Shown one piece after another: positions 36,185 to 46,869 of a stretch of DNA of 64,000 nucleotides (the first letter of the stretch is position 1; each line of letters starts with the position of its first letter). The notes under the pieces were generated by a model. It worked only from the letters and a program-made list of their open reading frames with translations, did not search any database and was not told the DNA's origin. A program made the position numbers and the translations under genes. This DNA is from a bacterium (lineage in GTDB: Bacteria > Patescibacteriota > Patescibacteriia > JAHIZJ01): positions 8,947-72,946 of the forward strand of contig JAUYLJ010000068.1 of assembly GCA_030699685.1 (NCBI GenBank), in the 5' to 3' direction.

Positions 36185-37384
36185 GTGAAGATTGGAATCG
36201 ACGCCTCACGAGCCAACCTCTTACAGAAAACCGGCACCGAGCTCTACGCATACACTGTGATCGAGGAGCTGAAAAAGATCGCTCAACCCGAAGATCGCTT
36301 TATTTTGTATTCCAAAGAAGCGCTTCGCGGGGGACTGGAGCGGCTGCCAGGTAATTTTTCTTCCCAGGTTTTACGCTGGCCTCCGGGTGTACTCTGGACG
36401 CAACTTCGCCTGTCCATCAACCAGATGCGCCAGCGCCCGGACGTGCTTTTTGTCCCGGCGCACACTCTGCCGCTGATCGCAGGGGAAAAAACAGTCCTGA
36501 CGCTCCACGATATTGGCTTTGAGCGACTGGCCCATCTCTACTCGCCTGATGAAATCGGTCCCAAAGGCTGGGCGAAAAAATTATTGTCCGCGATGGTCAG
36601 ACTGGCGACGGGCGGGCGGTATCAAGCGAATGAATTGGACTACCACCGCTGGTCTACTCGCTGGGCTCTCAGACATGCCGATGCCATCATCGTCCCGTCG
36701 CAATTCACAAAAGATGAAATAGTTGAAGTATTCGGCGCCGACCCGGATATAATTACCGTTATCTATCACGGAGTGGATTATGAACGATTCCGCCCGGCTG
36801 ATGCGTCTCAATCAGCGGCTGTTTTGCGTCGATACGGTATCACCGATCCCTACTTCTTGTTCATCGGCCGGCTGGAAGCCAAGAAGAACACCGCCGGCCT
36901 AGTTGAAGCCTTTGCCATCTTAAAACACGCGTACAAACTTCCTCATAAATTGGTCTTAGCCGGCAAGCCGGGATTTGGCTACGAGAAAGTTCGTAACGCC
37001 ATTCTGAAACACAATCTTTCCAAAGAGATCATCTTTCCTGGCTATGTGGATTCAGCCGACACGGCCGCTCTGTATTCGGCGGCTTCCGTTTTTCTTTTCC
37101 CCACGCTCTACGAAGGTTTTGGTTTGCCGGTGCTCGAAGCGATGGCCTGTGATACGCCCGTAGTGGCCAGCAATCTGGCCTCTCTTCCGGAAATCTCAGG
37201 AACGGCGGCCCAACTGGTCGATCCATACGATCCCGATGAAATCGCTTCAGCCGTGGCTCGCGTTGCCAGCACGCCCAATCTAAGAGAAACTATGCGTCAT
37301 CGTGGCCGCGAGCAGGTGCGCCGCTTCCGGTGGTCAGAAGCCGCTAAAAAGACCTATCAGCTTATTCGCGATATAGCTGCCTAG
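36185..37384 (+). CDS. Glycosyltransferase family 4
   Basis: FPTLYEGFGLPVLEAMAC. Confidence 0.92.
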   Translation: MKIGIDASRANLLQKTGTELYAYTVIEELKKIAQPEDRFILYSKEALRGGLERLPGNFSSQVLRWPPGVLWTQLRLSINQMRQRPDVLFVPAHTLPLIAGEKTVLTLHDIGFERLAHLYSPDEIGPKGWAKKLLSAMVRLATGGRYQANELDYHRWSTRWALRHADAIIVPSQFTKDEIVEVFGADPDIITVIYHGVDYERFRPADASQSAAVLRRYGITDPYFLFIGRLEAKKNTAGLVEAFAILKHAYKLPHKLVLAGKPGFGYEKVRNAILKHNLSKEIIFPGYVDSADTAALYSAASVFLFPTLYEGFGLPVLEAMACDTPVVASNLASLPEISGTAAQLVDPYDPDEIASAVARVASTPNLRETMRHRGREQVRRFRWSEAAKKTYQLIRDIAA

Positions 37385-37435
37385 TGCTGGCTTGTATTCT
37401 TTGAAAAAAGCCTGTTTTGTGGTAAAATCGTGGTG

Positions 37436-38458
37436 ATGAAAACATCAAAAAAGTCACATGTTTCTTGGAAGGTCATAGGACACGGGAAAATACTCGAATT
37501 TTTGGAAATGGCGATCGTGGACAATACACTGACCTCAGCGTATCTTTTTCATGGTCCGGCCAAGGTTGGTAAATCCACCGTTGCCAAACAATTCATCAAC
37601 GCGGTTCTTTGCGAGCAAACCGATGCCCCTTGCGGTTCGTGCAATGGATGCAAATCATTTTTGAACAAGAATCACCCGGACGTCGTCTGGGTGGAAAAAT
37701 CCTTGGAACAGAAAAATATCGGTATTGATCAAATCAGAGAACAGGTCATTCATCGTCATCATTTACGACCATCTTTTGCTCAGTACCAGATTACTGTCAT
37801 AGACCAGGCCGAAACCCTCAGTCTGGAAGCGGCCAACAGCTTGCTTAAAACTTTGGAAGAGCCTTCGGCCGAATCAATTATCATTATCATTGCCGACTCA
37901 CCTGAACGTTTGCCGAAAACTATAGTTTCACGATGCCAGCGGATTGAATTTTTTACTGTTACCACGGACGCGATCAGGGATTTTGTTGTCGCGGAATCAG
38001 ACACTGCCATTTCCAAAGGGGTAATTGAGGATATCAGCCATTCTGCCAACGGCCGGCCAGGAATCGCCTGGCGCTTCATCCATGTCCCCGAAGAATGGAA
38101 AACGTATCAGGACGATGTGCTATCTTTTGTTGAAGTCATTAACGCGCCTCTATCAGCACGTTTTCGCTTTGTACAAGATCTTCTGAGCGCTAAATCTTTC
38201 CAGGAAAACGTGAGTGTGGCCATGAACGCCCTCAAGCTCTGGCAAACGGTTTTGCGGTCATTACTCTTGGGGGGTTACGGCGTTGAAAGCCAGCGTCTCA
38301 GAGCCTTGGACAAGCTTTCCGGAAAGAAGCTCCAGTTTTCCCGCGGCGATCTTGCGTCATGGCTTGGAGAAGCGTATCGTTTACGGCGAGGGCTCGAAGC
38401 GAATCTCTCGCCAAAATTAGCAGTCGAACATTTTTTACTTTTATTTCCTAGTTCATGA
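37436..38458 (+). CDS. holB: DNA polymerase III delta-prime subunit
   Basis: AYLFHGPAKVGK, C..PCGSCNGC, HPDV, ANSLLKTLEEP, TIVSRC. Confidence 0.9.
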   Translation: MKTSKKSHVSWKVIGHGKILEFLEMAIVDNTLTSAYLFHGPAKVGKSTVAKQFINAVLCEQTDAPCGSCNGCKSFLNKNHPDVVWVEKSLEQKNIGIDQIREQVIHRHHLRPSFAQYQITVIDQAETLSLEAANSLLKTLEEPSAESIIIIIADSPERLPKTIVSRCQRIEFFTVTTDAIRDFVVAESDTAISKGVIEDISHSANGRPGIAWRFIHVPEEWKTYQDDVLSFVEVINAPLSARFRFVQDLLSAKSFQENVSVAMNALKLWQTVLRSLLLGGYGVESQRLRALDKLSGKKLQFSRGDLASWLGEAYRLRRGLEANLSPKLAVEHFLLLFPSS

Positions 38459-39516
38459 CGCGAAAATTATTTATAGTGGCGCTTGTTTCATTCAGTCTGG
38501 TGCTGACTGGTTTTTCATGCAATTTCAAAAAAGAAGTTGATATGACAGGCGGCGTTTTCAAGTCGCTGGACGGCGGACTGACCTGGGCGCAAAAAGGTTT
38601 TATCACCAGCACGGAAGAAGAAACGCTCACGCTTAACGGGTACAACATCAGGGACGTGGCCCTTCATCCTTCAAACCCATCCTTGGTTTTTGCCGCGACG
38701 AACGCCAATGGACTATACCGGTCGACTGATGACGCCGCCTCCTGGACCCCCACCGGCCTGGACGCCGGGCAGATAACCAGCGTGGCAGTGGATCCTGGCA
38801 ATGCCCAGGTTCTCTATGCCACCAGCGGCCGCTTTCTGTATAAAAGCTCGGATCAGGGAGACCATTGGGAGCAATTATATACCGATAGTCGTTCGGGCGA
38901 GCGCCTGTTTAACGTGGCTGTTGATGCATTTGATTCACAACGCATTTATATCAGCAATGGATCCGGCGCCTTATTCAAAAGCTATGACGGAGGAAATAAC
39001 TGGCAACAAATTCACTGGTTTGATGAGCCGATACAGCTGCTCCGGCTCAGTCCGGCTGATACCCGGCATGTATACGCGGTGGTGGGCAATAAAGAAGGAT
39101 TGTTCTTTTCATCCGATGGGGGAGAAAACTGGGAATCGTTTCGAGATCGGCTTCGTTCCATCAGCCGGGACACGCTTACTATCCATGACCTAGCCTTCCA
39201 TCCGACACGGCCGGAAATCATATATATAGGCACGGACTACGGCTTACTGAAGAGCGAGGACGCCGGACAGACTTGGGCGACAGTGAAAACGCTGATTAAT
39301 TTCGGAGCTGAAGCGATCCGAAACGTGGCATTCAATCCGCTCAACCCTGAGCAGATGTATCATAGCACCGCCCAACTAGTCTACGTTTCCGATGACGGCG
39401 GTTTTACCTGGAAGGCATTGACCGCGTTACCTTCGCAACGTACAATAAACCAGCTTGTGATCCATCCAACAGACACTGACACTATATATGTTGGCCTGCT
39501 TCAAGAAAACGAATAA
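38455..39516 (+). CDS. BNR/Asp-box beta-propeller exported (lipo)protein
   Basis: Repeated SxDGGxTW motifs; signal peptide ending near a Cys. Confidence 0.8.
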   Translation: MTRKLFIVALVSFSLVLTGFSCNFKKEVDMTGGVFKSLDGGLTWAQKGFITSTEEETLTLNGYNIRDVALHPSNPSLVFAATNANGLYRSTDDAASWTPTGLDAGQITSVAVDPGNAQVLYATSGRFLYKSSDQGDHWEQLYTDSRSGERLFNVAVDAFDSQRIYISNGSGALFKSYDGGNNWQQIHWFDEPIQLLRLSPADTRHVYAVVGNKEGLFFSSDGGENWESFRDRLRSISRDTLTIHDLAFHPTRPEIIYIGTDYGLLKSEDAGQTWATVKTLINFGAEAIRNVAFNPLNPEQMYHSTAQLVYVSDDGGFTWKALTALPSQRTINQLVIHPTDTDTIYVGLLQENE

Positions 39517-39528
39517 CGCACTATTTCT

Positions 39529-40077
39529 ATGCAACAATCCGAGTTGAAATCAGAACTGAAAAACGTAATTGATTACTATCAAAAAGAGCTTTCCGCCCTC
39601 AGAGTAGGACGGGCTACTCCCGCGTTGGTTGAAAACATTCAAGTCGAATACTACGGCACAAAAACACCATTGATTCAGCTGGCCAGCATCAACACTCCTG
39701 ACACCAAAACGATAGTGGTCCAGCCATGGGATAAAGGAGCTTTGAAAGACGTGGAACGGGCGTTGAATGGAGCTGACCTGGGTACCTCGCCCATTATTGA
39801 TGGTGATGTCATTCGCATACAGATGCCACCATTAACTGAAGAACGCAGAACTCAAGTGGTGAAGTTAGTCAAAGAAAAATCCGAGCAGGCTAAAATCCGC
39901 ATCAGGCAGATTCGAGAAGAGGTAATGAAAGAATTAAAGAAACAAAAAGACTCAGGTGACCTATCTGAAGACACGTATTTTCGTGAAGAGAAAGAGGTGC
40001 AGCAAGATATTGATCAGGCCATCGATGGAATTGCCACCCAGGAAAAATCCAAAGAAGATGAAATAATGAAACTGTAG
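39529..40077 (+). CDS. frr: Ribosome recycling factor
   Basis: LRVGRATP, PPLTEERR. Confidence 0.97.
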   Translation: MQQSELKSELKNVIDYYQKELSALRVGRATPALVENIQVEYYGTKTPLIQLASINTPDTKTIVVQPWDKGALKDVERALNGADLGTSPIIDGDVIRIQMPPLTEERRTQVVKLVKEKSEQAKIRIRQIREEVMKELKKQKDSGDLSEDTYFREEKEVQQDIDQAIDGIATQEKSKEDEIMKL

Positions 40078-40078
40078 A

Positions 40079-41182
40079 ATGTGGACTGTCGTATTATTCA
40101 TTGTCGTACTCGGAGTTATTGTCCTGGTTCATGAATTAGGGCATTTTACCGCCGCCCGACGTTTCGGGATGAAAGTGGAAGAATTTGGTTTGGGATTTCC
40201 CCCCAGGATCGGCGGCATCAGACGGAAGGGGACGCTCTATTCACTCAACTGGATACCCGTTGGAGGATTCGTGAAAATCAAGGGTGAGGACGGCTCGCAG
40301 ACAAGTGAAAATGACAGCTTCGCCAGCCGCCCCATCTGGCAGCGAGGTATCGTGCTGGCGGCCGGCGTGATAATGAACATCGTTTTGGCTTTTGTCTTGC
40401 TCACGGTCGGCTTTTCCATCGGCCTGCCCACGGTAGTTGATGAGTCGTTACCGGCTGAAAGCATTCGAGAACTGAAAGTGCAAATTCTCGGGGTGGAGCC
40501 CGGCACTCCCGCCGCTGAGGCTGATTTACAGCTTGGCGATGAAATTGTCGCGATCGACGGGGAAGAAGTGACCAGCGTGGCGCAGGTTCAGGACTTAAAT
40601 AGCGACCGCGTCAATGAGGAAGTGTCACTGACAATCAGCCGTTTCGGTGACGAAATAGAGAAGAATATCACTTTGGCTGACCTTGACGGTTCTGGCAACG
40701 GCAAGATGGGTGTCAGCCTGGCAGAGACCGGCGTGGTTTCGTATCCCTGGTATCAGTCCATCTGGCTGGGTTTCAAATCCACCTTTAATCTCCTTTGGGC
40801 GATTATTCTCGCGTTTTATACCATCATCAAGGGCTTGTTTGTGGGCCAGCCCATACCGGCGGATCTGTCGGGTCCGGTGGGTATCGCGGTGATGACCGGA
40901 CAAGTGGCCCAGCTGGGTTTTGTTTACCTGATGCAGTTCACCGCGGTGTTATCTCTGAACCTGGCAATCCTGAATTTTATCCCTTTCCCGGCTCTGGACG
41001 GAGGGCGTTTTCTCTTCCTGGTGATCGAGAAAATCAAAGGCTCAAAAATTAACCAACGGACGGAAGCTCTCATCCACAACATCGGCTTCGCCGTTTTGAT
41101 GATACTGGTTTTGCTTGTTACCTTCAGGGATATTGGTAAGTTCAGTGATTCAATCACGGGATTTTTTAAGGGCTTGTTCTAG
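40079..41182 (+). CDS. rseP: RIP metalloprotease RseP (M50)
   Basis: HELGH, PDZ domain, NFIPFPALDGG. Confidence 0.95.
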   Translation: MWTVVLFIVVLGVIVLVHELGHFTAARRFGMKVEEFGLGFPPRIGGIRRKGTLYSLNWIPVGGFVKIKGEDGSQTSENDSFASRPIWQRGIVLAAGVIMNIVLAFVLLTVGFSIGLPTVVDESLPAESIRELKVQILGVEPGTPAAEADLQLGDEIVAIDGEEVTSVAQVQDLNSDRVNEEVSLTISRFGDEIEKNITLADLDGSGNGKMGVSLAETGVVSYPWYQSIWLGFKSTFNLLWAIILAFYTIIKGLFVGQPIPADLSGPVGIAVMTGQVAQLGFVYLMQFTAVLSLNLAILNFIPFPALDGGRFLFLVIEKIKGSKINQRTEALIHNIGFAVLMILVLLVTFRDIGKFSDSITGFFKGLF

Positions 41183-41184
41183 CC

Positions 41185-42435
41185 ATGAGACAATCGCGGC
41201 TCTTCACTAAAACACATAAAGAAGATCCTAAGGGGGAATTATCGCACAATGCCCAGCTTTTGGTTCGGGCAGGCTACATCCATAAAGAAATGGCAGGTGT
41301 CTATACCTATCTCCCGCTGGGATTGAGGGTGATTGACAAGATCACTACGATTATCCGTGAGGAGATGAATGCTATCGGCGGTCAGGAAGTACTGATGACA
41401 ACTTTGCAGGATCCAGCTTCTTGGAAAAAGAGCGGCCGCTGGGATGATAACGTGGTCGATATTTGGTTCAAAACCCAGCTCAAAAACGGTAGCGAACTTG
41501 GTATTGCCAACACCCATGAAGAAGCGCTTACCGCGTTACTCCTTGATCATGTTTCTTCGTACAAAGATCTTCCCGTCTATATCTATCAATTTCAGAATAA
41601 ATTTAGAAACGAACTCAGGGCCAAGAGCGGAATCATGCGGACGCGCGAGTTTATCATGAAGGACCTCTATTCATTCAGCCGAAACACGGAAGAGTTTCAG
41701 GAGTTTTATGAGGTATGTGCCGGAGCCTATCACAAGATATTCCAGCGCGCTGGCATTGGGCACCTCACCTACAGAACCTACGCCAGCGGCGGGTCTTTCA
41801 GTGAATTTAGTGATGAGTTCCAGACACTTTCGGAAGCGGGCGAAGACACGATTTATCTTGATGAACAAAAACAGGTGGCAGTGAACAAGGAGATTTTGAA
41901 TGATGACATACTGAAAAAACTTTCAATTGATAAAGACAAGCTAGTTGAAAAAAAAGCGATTGAAGTTGGAAATATTTTCCCATTGGGCACTAAATTTTCC
42001 GAAGCGATTGGCTTGCGGTACACCGACAACGACGGGAAAGAACAAACGCCGATTATGGGATGCTATGGCATTGGCTTGGGGCGACTGATGGGCACAATCG
42101 TGGAAGTGCTATCAGACGGCAAAGGGATAGTCTGGCCAGAGTCAGTGGCGCCGTTCCAGTTTCACCTGATCCGACTGGGTGAAGCGGCGGAAGTGAAGGA
42201 AAAGTGCGATCGTTTCTACGACACTTGCCAAAAATCCGGTTTTGATATACTGTATGACGACCGCGAAGCCAGCGCCGGCGACAAATTACATGACGCTGAC
42301 CTGCTGGGCATCCCAGTCCGGCTGGTGATCAGCGCGAAAACCGGTGAAAAAATTGAATACAAAAAGCGCACGGAGGAATCAGCCAGTCTGGTTGATATTA
42401 CATCTTTCATCGAGACCGCTACGAAATCGAAATGA
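41185..42435 (+). CDS. proS: Prolyl-tRNA synthetase (no editing domain)
   Basis: THEE, FRNELR..GIMRTREFIMKD, IEVGNIF, MGCYGIG. Confidence 0.95.
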   Translation: MRQSRLFTKTHKEDPKGELSHNAQLLVRAGYIHKEMAGVYTYLPLGLRVIDKITTIIREEMNAIGGQEVLMTTLQDPASWKKSGRWDDNVVDIWFKTQLKNGSELGIANTHEEALTALLLDHVSSYKDLPVYIYQFQNKFRNELRAKSGIMRTREFIMKDLYSFSRNTEEFQEFYEVCAGAYHKIFQRAGIGHLTYRTYASGGSFSEFSDEFQTLSEAGEDTIYLDEQKQVAVNKEILNDDILKKLSIDKDKLVEKKAIEVGNIFPLGTKFSEAIGLRYTDNDGKEQTPIMGCYGIGLGRLMGTIVEVLSDGKGIVWPESVAPFQFHLIRLGEAAEVKEKCDRFYDTCQKSGFDILYDDREASAGDKLHDADLLGIPVRLVISAKTGEKIEYKKRTEESASLVDITSFIETATKSK

Positions 42436-43481
42436 TCAACCTCTTCAACCGCTTTTTTGGCCGATTCTCCAAAGATATGGGAATCGACCTCGGCACGTCC
42501 AACACTCTTGTCTACGTTAAAGACAGGGGTATCGTTATTAATGAGCCCTCAATCGTCGCGGTGAACACCCGCACCGACCAGATTATCGCCGTGGGGGAGG
42601 AAGCCCGCCGGATGATGGGCAAGACGCCCTCCCATATCATCGCCACCAAGGCATTGGTTGACGGCGTGATTTCAGACTATGAAGTTACCGAACGGATGCT
42701 TCGCCACTTCATTGAAAAGGTTCACCGTGAATCATTTACTATCCTTCCTCGTCCAAGGATCGTGATTGGCGTACCGCAGGGGATTACCGAGGTCGAGCTC
42801 AAAGCCGTGGAAGACGCCACTCTCAATGCCGGCGCCAGACAAGTCTTCTTAATCGAAGAGCCCATGGCCGCGGCTATCGGCGCCCGGCTGCCTATCCAAG
42901 AAGCTTCAGGCAACATGATTGTCGACATCGGCGGCGGGACAACCGAGATCGCCGTCATCTCCCTGGGCGGAATCATCACCTGGAAATCTTTGCGCGTGGC
43001 GGGGGACGAACTTGACCAAAACATCATCCAGTACGCCAGAGAGAATTTCAATCTTTTGCTCGGCGAACTGACTGCCGAAAGAATTAAAGTCAAGGTGGCC
43101 ATGGCTGGTGATATTCAAGAACCGCTGGAAACAAAGATGCGGGGACGGGATCTTATTTCCGGGCTCCCTCGGGAAGTCTCGATCAACAGCTTTCAAGTTC
43201 AGGAAGCGATCCAGCGCTCAATCCGTTTGATAATCGAAAACGTCAAAGACACCATCGAATCAACTCCGCCTGAGTTGGTGGCTGATATATTCGAAAGGGG
43301 CATAGTATTGACCGGCGGAGGCGCTTTGCTGGACGGACTGGATAAAGTAATTCACAAGGAAACGCAAATTCCGGTACATATCGCTGATGATCCGCTTACC
43401 TGCGTCGTCAGAGGAACCGGCCTGGTACTTGACGACCTGGCCAAGCTTAAAGATGTATTAGCGCTTTCCACACAGGACTAA
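42432..43481 (+). CDS. mreB: MreB (copy 2, in the mreBCD operon)
   Basis: GIDLGTSNT, DIGGGTTE, TPPELVAD. Confidence 0.96.
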   Translation: MINLFNRFFGRFSKDMGIDLGTSNTLVYVKDRGIVINEPSIVAVNTRTDQIIAVGEEARRMMGKTPSHIIATKALVDGVISDYEVTERMLRHFIEKVHRESFTILPRPRIVIGVPQGITEVELKAVEDATLNAGARQVFLIEEPMAAAIGARLPIQEASGNMIVDIGGGTTEIAVISLGGIITWKSLRVAGDELDQNIIQYARENFNLLLGELTAERIKVKVAMAGDIQEPLETKMRGRDLISGLPREVSINSFQVQEAIQRSIRLIIENVKDTIESTPPELVADIFERGIVLTGGGALLDGLDKVIHKETQIPVHIADDPLTCVVRGTGLVLDDLAKLKDVLALSTQD

Positions 43482-43483
43482 AC

Positions 43484-44299
43484 ATGCGTTCGAGAATTTG
43501 GGCTTTCAGCTTGCTTACCCTGGGCGTCGTCGGCCTGGTCATCATCGGGCACAGTCTTGGTATTCTTACTCCTTTCGGTGACCTGACGGCAAAAGTGTTA
43601 CGGCCTCTCCAAGGGAGCGGCTGGCCCTTTGCTCAGCAAATTGATTCCTGGTTGACGCAGCGGGACAGTGAAGACTCTCTCAGAAGTGAAAACGAGTCCC
43701 TGAAAGAAGAACGTGACAGACTGCTTCAGGAAAACTCTAGATTACTCTCAGAAGTGTCGGATCTAGAGATAACCCGAGAAGAGCGCGCGTTCCTTGATGA
43801 TAAAGGGCTTCGCTATGTGAGCTCCCGGGTGATCGGCCGCAGTTCAGACGCGATACTAGAGCAAGTAATCATTAACGTTGGCCGAGACGACGGGGTGCAA
43901 GTGGGATTTGCCGTGACAGCCGAGTCAGGTTTTCTCATCGGTAAGGTGACTGACGTAAGCGGCTCAATTGCCAAGGTGCTTTTGATCACGGACCAAAGAA
44001 CGGAAATTGCCGCGGAAGTGCAGAATGAAACCGGTGCGCCAGGCATCGTGGCCGGGCAGCTGGGGCTCTCACTGGCGATGAAGCTCATCCCGCAAAACGA
44101 AGTTATCCAGTCGGATCAGCGCGTTATCACCTCGGGTCTTGAATCCAGTATCCCCAAGGGGCTCTTGATCGGCACGATCAGCGAAGTTTCAATCAATCCC
44201 GGCGATATTTTTCAAGAGGCGACTGTTTCGACCCCAATTGATTTCAAAAATCTTGGCGTGGTTTCCGTAATTATCCCGGAGATAGCCAACGATGCGTAG
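43484..44299 (+). CDS. mreC: Rod shape-determining protein MreC
   Basis: TM, coiled coil (LRSENESLK), GRDDGV, ITSGL..IPKGLLIG. Confidence 0.92.
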   Translation: MRSRIWAFSLLTLGVVGLVIIGHSLGILTPFGDLTAKVLRPLQGSGWPFAQQIDSWLTQRDSEDSLRSENESLKEERDRLLQENSRLLSEVSDLEITREERAFLDDKGLRYVSSRVIGRSSDAILEQVIINVGRDDGVQVGFAVTAESGFLIGKVTDVSGSIAKVLLITDQRTEIAAEVQNETGAPGIVAGQLGLSLAMKLIPQNEVIQSDQRVITSGLESSIPKGLLIGTISEVSINPGDIFQEATVSTPIDFKNLGVVSVIIPEIANDA

Positions 44300-44822
44300 A
44301 TATATCGCGGGAATTGTATCAGTTGTACTGGTGGTCGTGGTAGATGTTTCATTTTTGAATAAATTTGAATTTTTTTACTCATACGTCACCCTCTATGTCC
44401 TGGCTTCAATGTTTGCCATTCTTATTTTGCCGATTCGGCGGGCATTGATTTGGATAATCGGTCTGGGGCTGGTGGCAGACGTCTTTTCGGGATTGGGATA
44501 TGGGTTGATCACCGGGGCGCTGTTTTTTTCTTCCGTTGTCGGCTATATGCTGTTTGCCACGTATTTTTCCCATCGCAGCGGTTTGACCAGCGTTTTTTTG
44601 ATCGGATTAATGACATCGTTGTATTGGATTTGTCTCAACGCGTTTTCCGTACTCTATTTCTTAGTCGGATTAAGCGATATCTGGGTTGGATGGTCAGGAA
44701 GTTTCTGGCTTCTGGCGCTGAGCCACTCATTGGTGACTAGTCTGACATTTACGGTTATTTATGCTATATTCAGCAATGTGCTCAGACGATTTCGTGAAAG
44801 ATTCGTAATTACCCGAACTTAA
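44292..44822 (+). CDS. mreD: MreD-like membrane protein
   Basis: Hydrophobic, GLVADVFS motif, position between mreC and mrdA. Confidence 0.75.
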   Translation: MRRYIAGIVSVVLVVVVDVSFLNKFEFFYSYVTLYVLASMFAILILPIRRALIWIIGLGLVADVFSGLGYGLITGALFFSSVVGYMLFATYFSHRSGLTSVFLIGLMTSLYWICLNAFSVLYFLVGLSDIWVGWSGSFWLLALSHSLVTSLTFTVIYAIFSNVLRRFRERFVITRT

Positions 44823-44826
44823 GCCA

Positions 44827-46749
44827 ATGGATATCAATCCTTTTGACATTTTCGGTAATACGCGTGAAATAAAAAGCCGGGAAGTGTCCGGTTTTTCCGA
44901 ACGACGCAGCAGCGGTGATGAATTTCGCCCGGATGACGCTGAGCGGGGTTCATTGCGACTGCACGTTTCGTCAAACAAATTGCATCTTTTTTTCTATGCC
45001 ATCCTTCTCGGATTGCTTGTTTTGGTCGTTCGTACCGGACAGCTGCAAATAGTCAGGGGGGCCGAATACAGGGAATTGGCCGAGGATAACCGGGTGCGCA
45101 TACAGCGCATCAAACCTCCTCGCGGATTGATTTACGACCGAAACAGCCAAGCACTGGTGGAAAACATTCCTAATTTTACCTTGCGCGTCATACCCGGTGA
45201 TTTTCCATCAGACATCGAGGAAGGTGACCGGCTACTGCAGGTTCTGGCCGAGTCGTTGGACCTTAGCGCCCAGGAAATGTCGACTGCTATTTCCGAAGTT
45301 CCATCCTACTCCTACCAGCCGCTAAACTTGGCGCAACATATTGATATTGAGAAGGCGATTGAACTGAAGATTCGGACAAAAGATTTCCCCGGCATATCCA
45401 TCCAGGCAGAATCTGGCAGACACTATACGGGCGGAAATACTTTTTCCCATATTCTCGGGTATATCGGTAAAATCACCGAAGATGAGCTGGAGACTCTCGA
45501 AGAAAAAAATTATGCCCGCGATGACACCACCGGAAAAACCGGATTGGAATACTCATACGAAGACGTACTGCGAGGCCAATACGGCCAACAGCACATTGAA
45601 GTTGATTCCCTCGGTAAAACTGAGAAGGTAGTCGCCTCGGAAGATCCGATTCCTGGGCAGAACATTATTTTATCGGTAGACGCGACGTACCAACAAAAAT
45701 TACAGGAATTGCTTGACGCGAAAGTTGATGAAATCGGAACAAGCGGCGGCGCGGCTATTGCCATGGATCCACGAAACGGAGAAATTCTGGCTCTGGTCAC
45801 GTCTCCGACCTATGAAAACAACGCCTTTATTGACGGTATTAGCAGTCAGGCATTCAGCGACCTGATTAATGATCCGAGACAGCCCCTTTTTAACCGCGTC
45901 ATTAGCGGCGAATATCCCTCTGGTTCAACTATTAAGCCGCTCATTGCCGCCGCCGCGTTGCAGGAAGGAATAGTTACTCCCAACTCGGAGGTGCTCAGTA
46001 ACGGGGGAATCCGCATCGGTCAATGGTTTTTTCCAGACTGGAAAGCAGGCGGTCATGGAACTACCAACCTGAAGAAAGCCATTGCTGAATCGGTGAACAC
46101 CTATTTTTACATTATCGGCGGCGGCTATGAGGAAAAAACAGGACTAGGAGTCGAACGAATCAAAACCTACTCTGAACTTTTTGGGCTGAATCAACAGCTC
46201 GGCATTGACCTGCCGAATGAAGCAAGCGGCTTTCTCCCTAGCAAGGAGTGGAAAGAATCCGTCAAGGAGGAGGCCTGGTATGTCGGCGACACCTATCATT
46301 TGGCGATTGGACAGGGGGATCTTCTTGTTACCCCTCTTCAAATCGCCGCCATGACCTCAGTCTTCGCAAACGGCGGGACATTGTACCAGCCTCGTCTGGT
46401 CAGGGCTTTTTCCGATCAGCAAACAAATGAAGTGCGCTATCTTGATCCAGTGACAGTCAATGAGACAGTGTTGCTTCGTTCATCGATAGATCCCGTTCGT
46501 GAAGGCTTACGCGAGGCGGTTTTATCCGGCAGCGCCCGTTCATTGTCCGTTCTGCCTGTTTCCGCCGCCGGGAAAACTGGCACGGCCCAGTTTGCCACTG
46601 ATAAAACACACTCCTGGTTTACTTCATTCGCCCCTTATGAAAACCCGGAAATCGTAGTGACTGTAATGGTTGAGGGGGGAGGTGAGGGTAATGACGCGGC
46701 TCTTCCTGTTGCCCGTGATTTTCTTACTTGGTATTACGGTCGTAAGTAA
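44827..46749 (+). CDS. mrdA: Penicillin-binding protein 2
   Basis: RGLIYDRN, PSGSTIK (SxxK), SVN, KTG. Confidence 0.95.
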   Translation: MDINPFDIFGNTREIKSREVSGFSERRSSGDEFRPDDAERGSLRLHVSSNKLHLFFYAILLGLLVLVVRTGQLQIVRGAEYRELAEDNRVRIQRIKPPRGLIYDRNSQALVENIPNFTLRVIPGDFPSDIEEGDRLLQVLAESLDLSAQEMSTAISEVPSYSYQPLNLAQHIDIEKAIELKIRTKDFPGISIQAESGRHYTGGNTFSHILGYIGKITEDELETLEEKNYARDDTTGKTGLEYSYEDVLRGQYGQQHIEVDSLGKTEKVVASEDPIPGQNIILSVDATYQQKLQELLDAKVDEIGTSGGAAIAMDPRNGEILALVTSPTYENNAFIDGISSQAFSDLINDPRQPLFNRVISGEYPSGSTIKPLIAAAALQEGIVTPNSEVLSNGGIRIGQWFFPDWKAGGHGTTNLKKAIAESVNTYFYIIGGGYEEKTGLGVERIKTYSELFGLNQQLGIDLPNEASGFLPSKEWKESVKEEAWYVGDTYHLAIGQGDLLVTPLQIAAMTSVFANGGTLYQPRLVRAFSDQQTNEVRYLDPVTVNETVLLRSSIDPVREGLREAVLSGSARSLSVLPVSAAGKTGTAQFATDKTHSWFTSFAPYENPEIVVTVMVEGGGEGNDAALPVARDFLTWYYGRK

Positions 46750-46751
46750 GC

Positions 46752-46794
46752 TGTGGATAACTCCATTGACAAAAAACCTATAAATTACTATTAA
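46752..46794 (+). promoter_or_regulatory. DnaA box (TGTGGATAA) next to the greA -35 TTGACA
   Basis: Perfect reverse TTATCCACA at 46752-46760; TTGACA at 46766-46771. Confidence 0.5.
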
Positions 46795-46869
46795 TCTATA
46801 CAGCCCAGGTAAAGCATACCGGGCGGGTTACAGTCTTTTGATTCGTTTAGGAATTAGGAATTTAGATTT

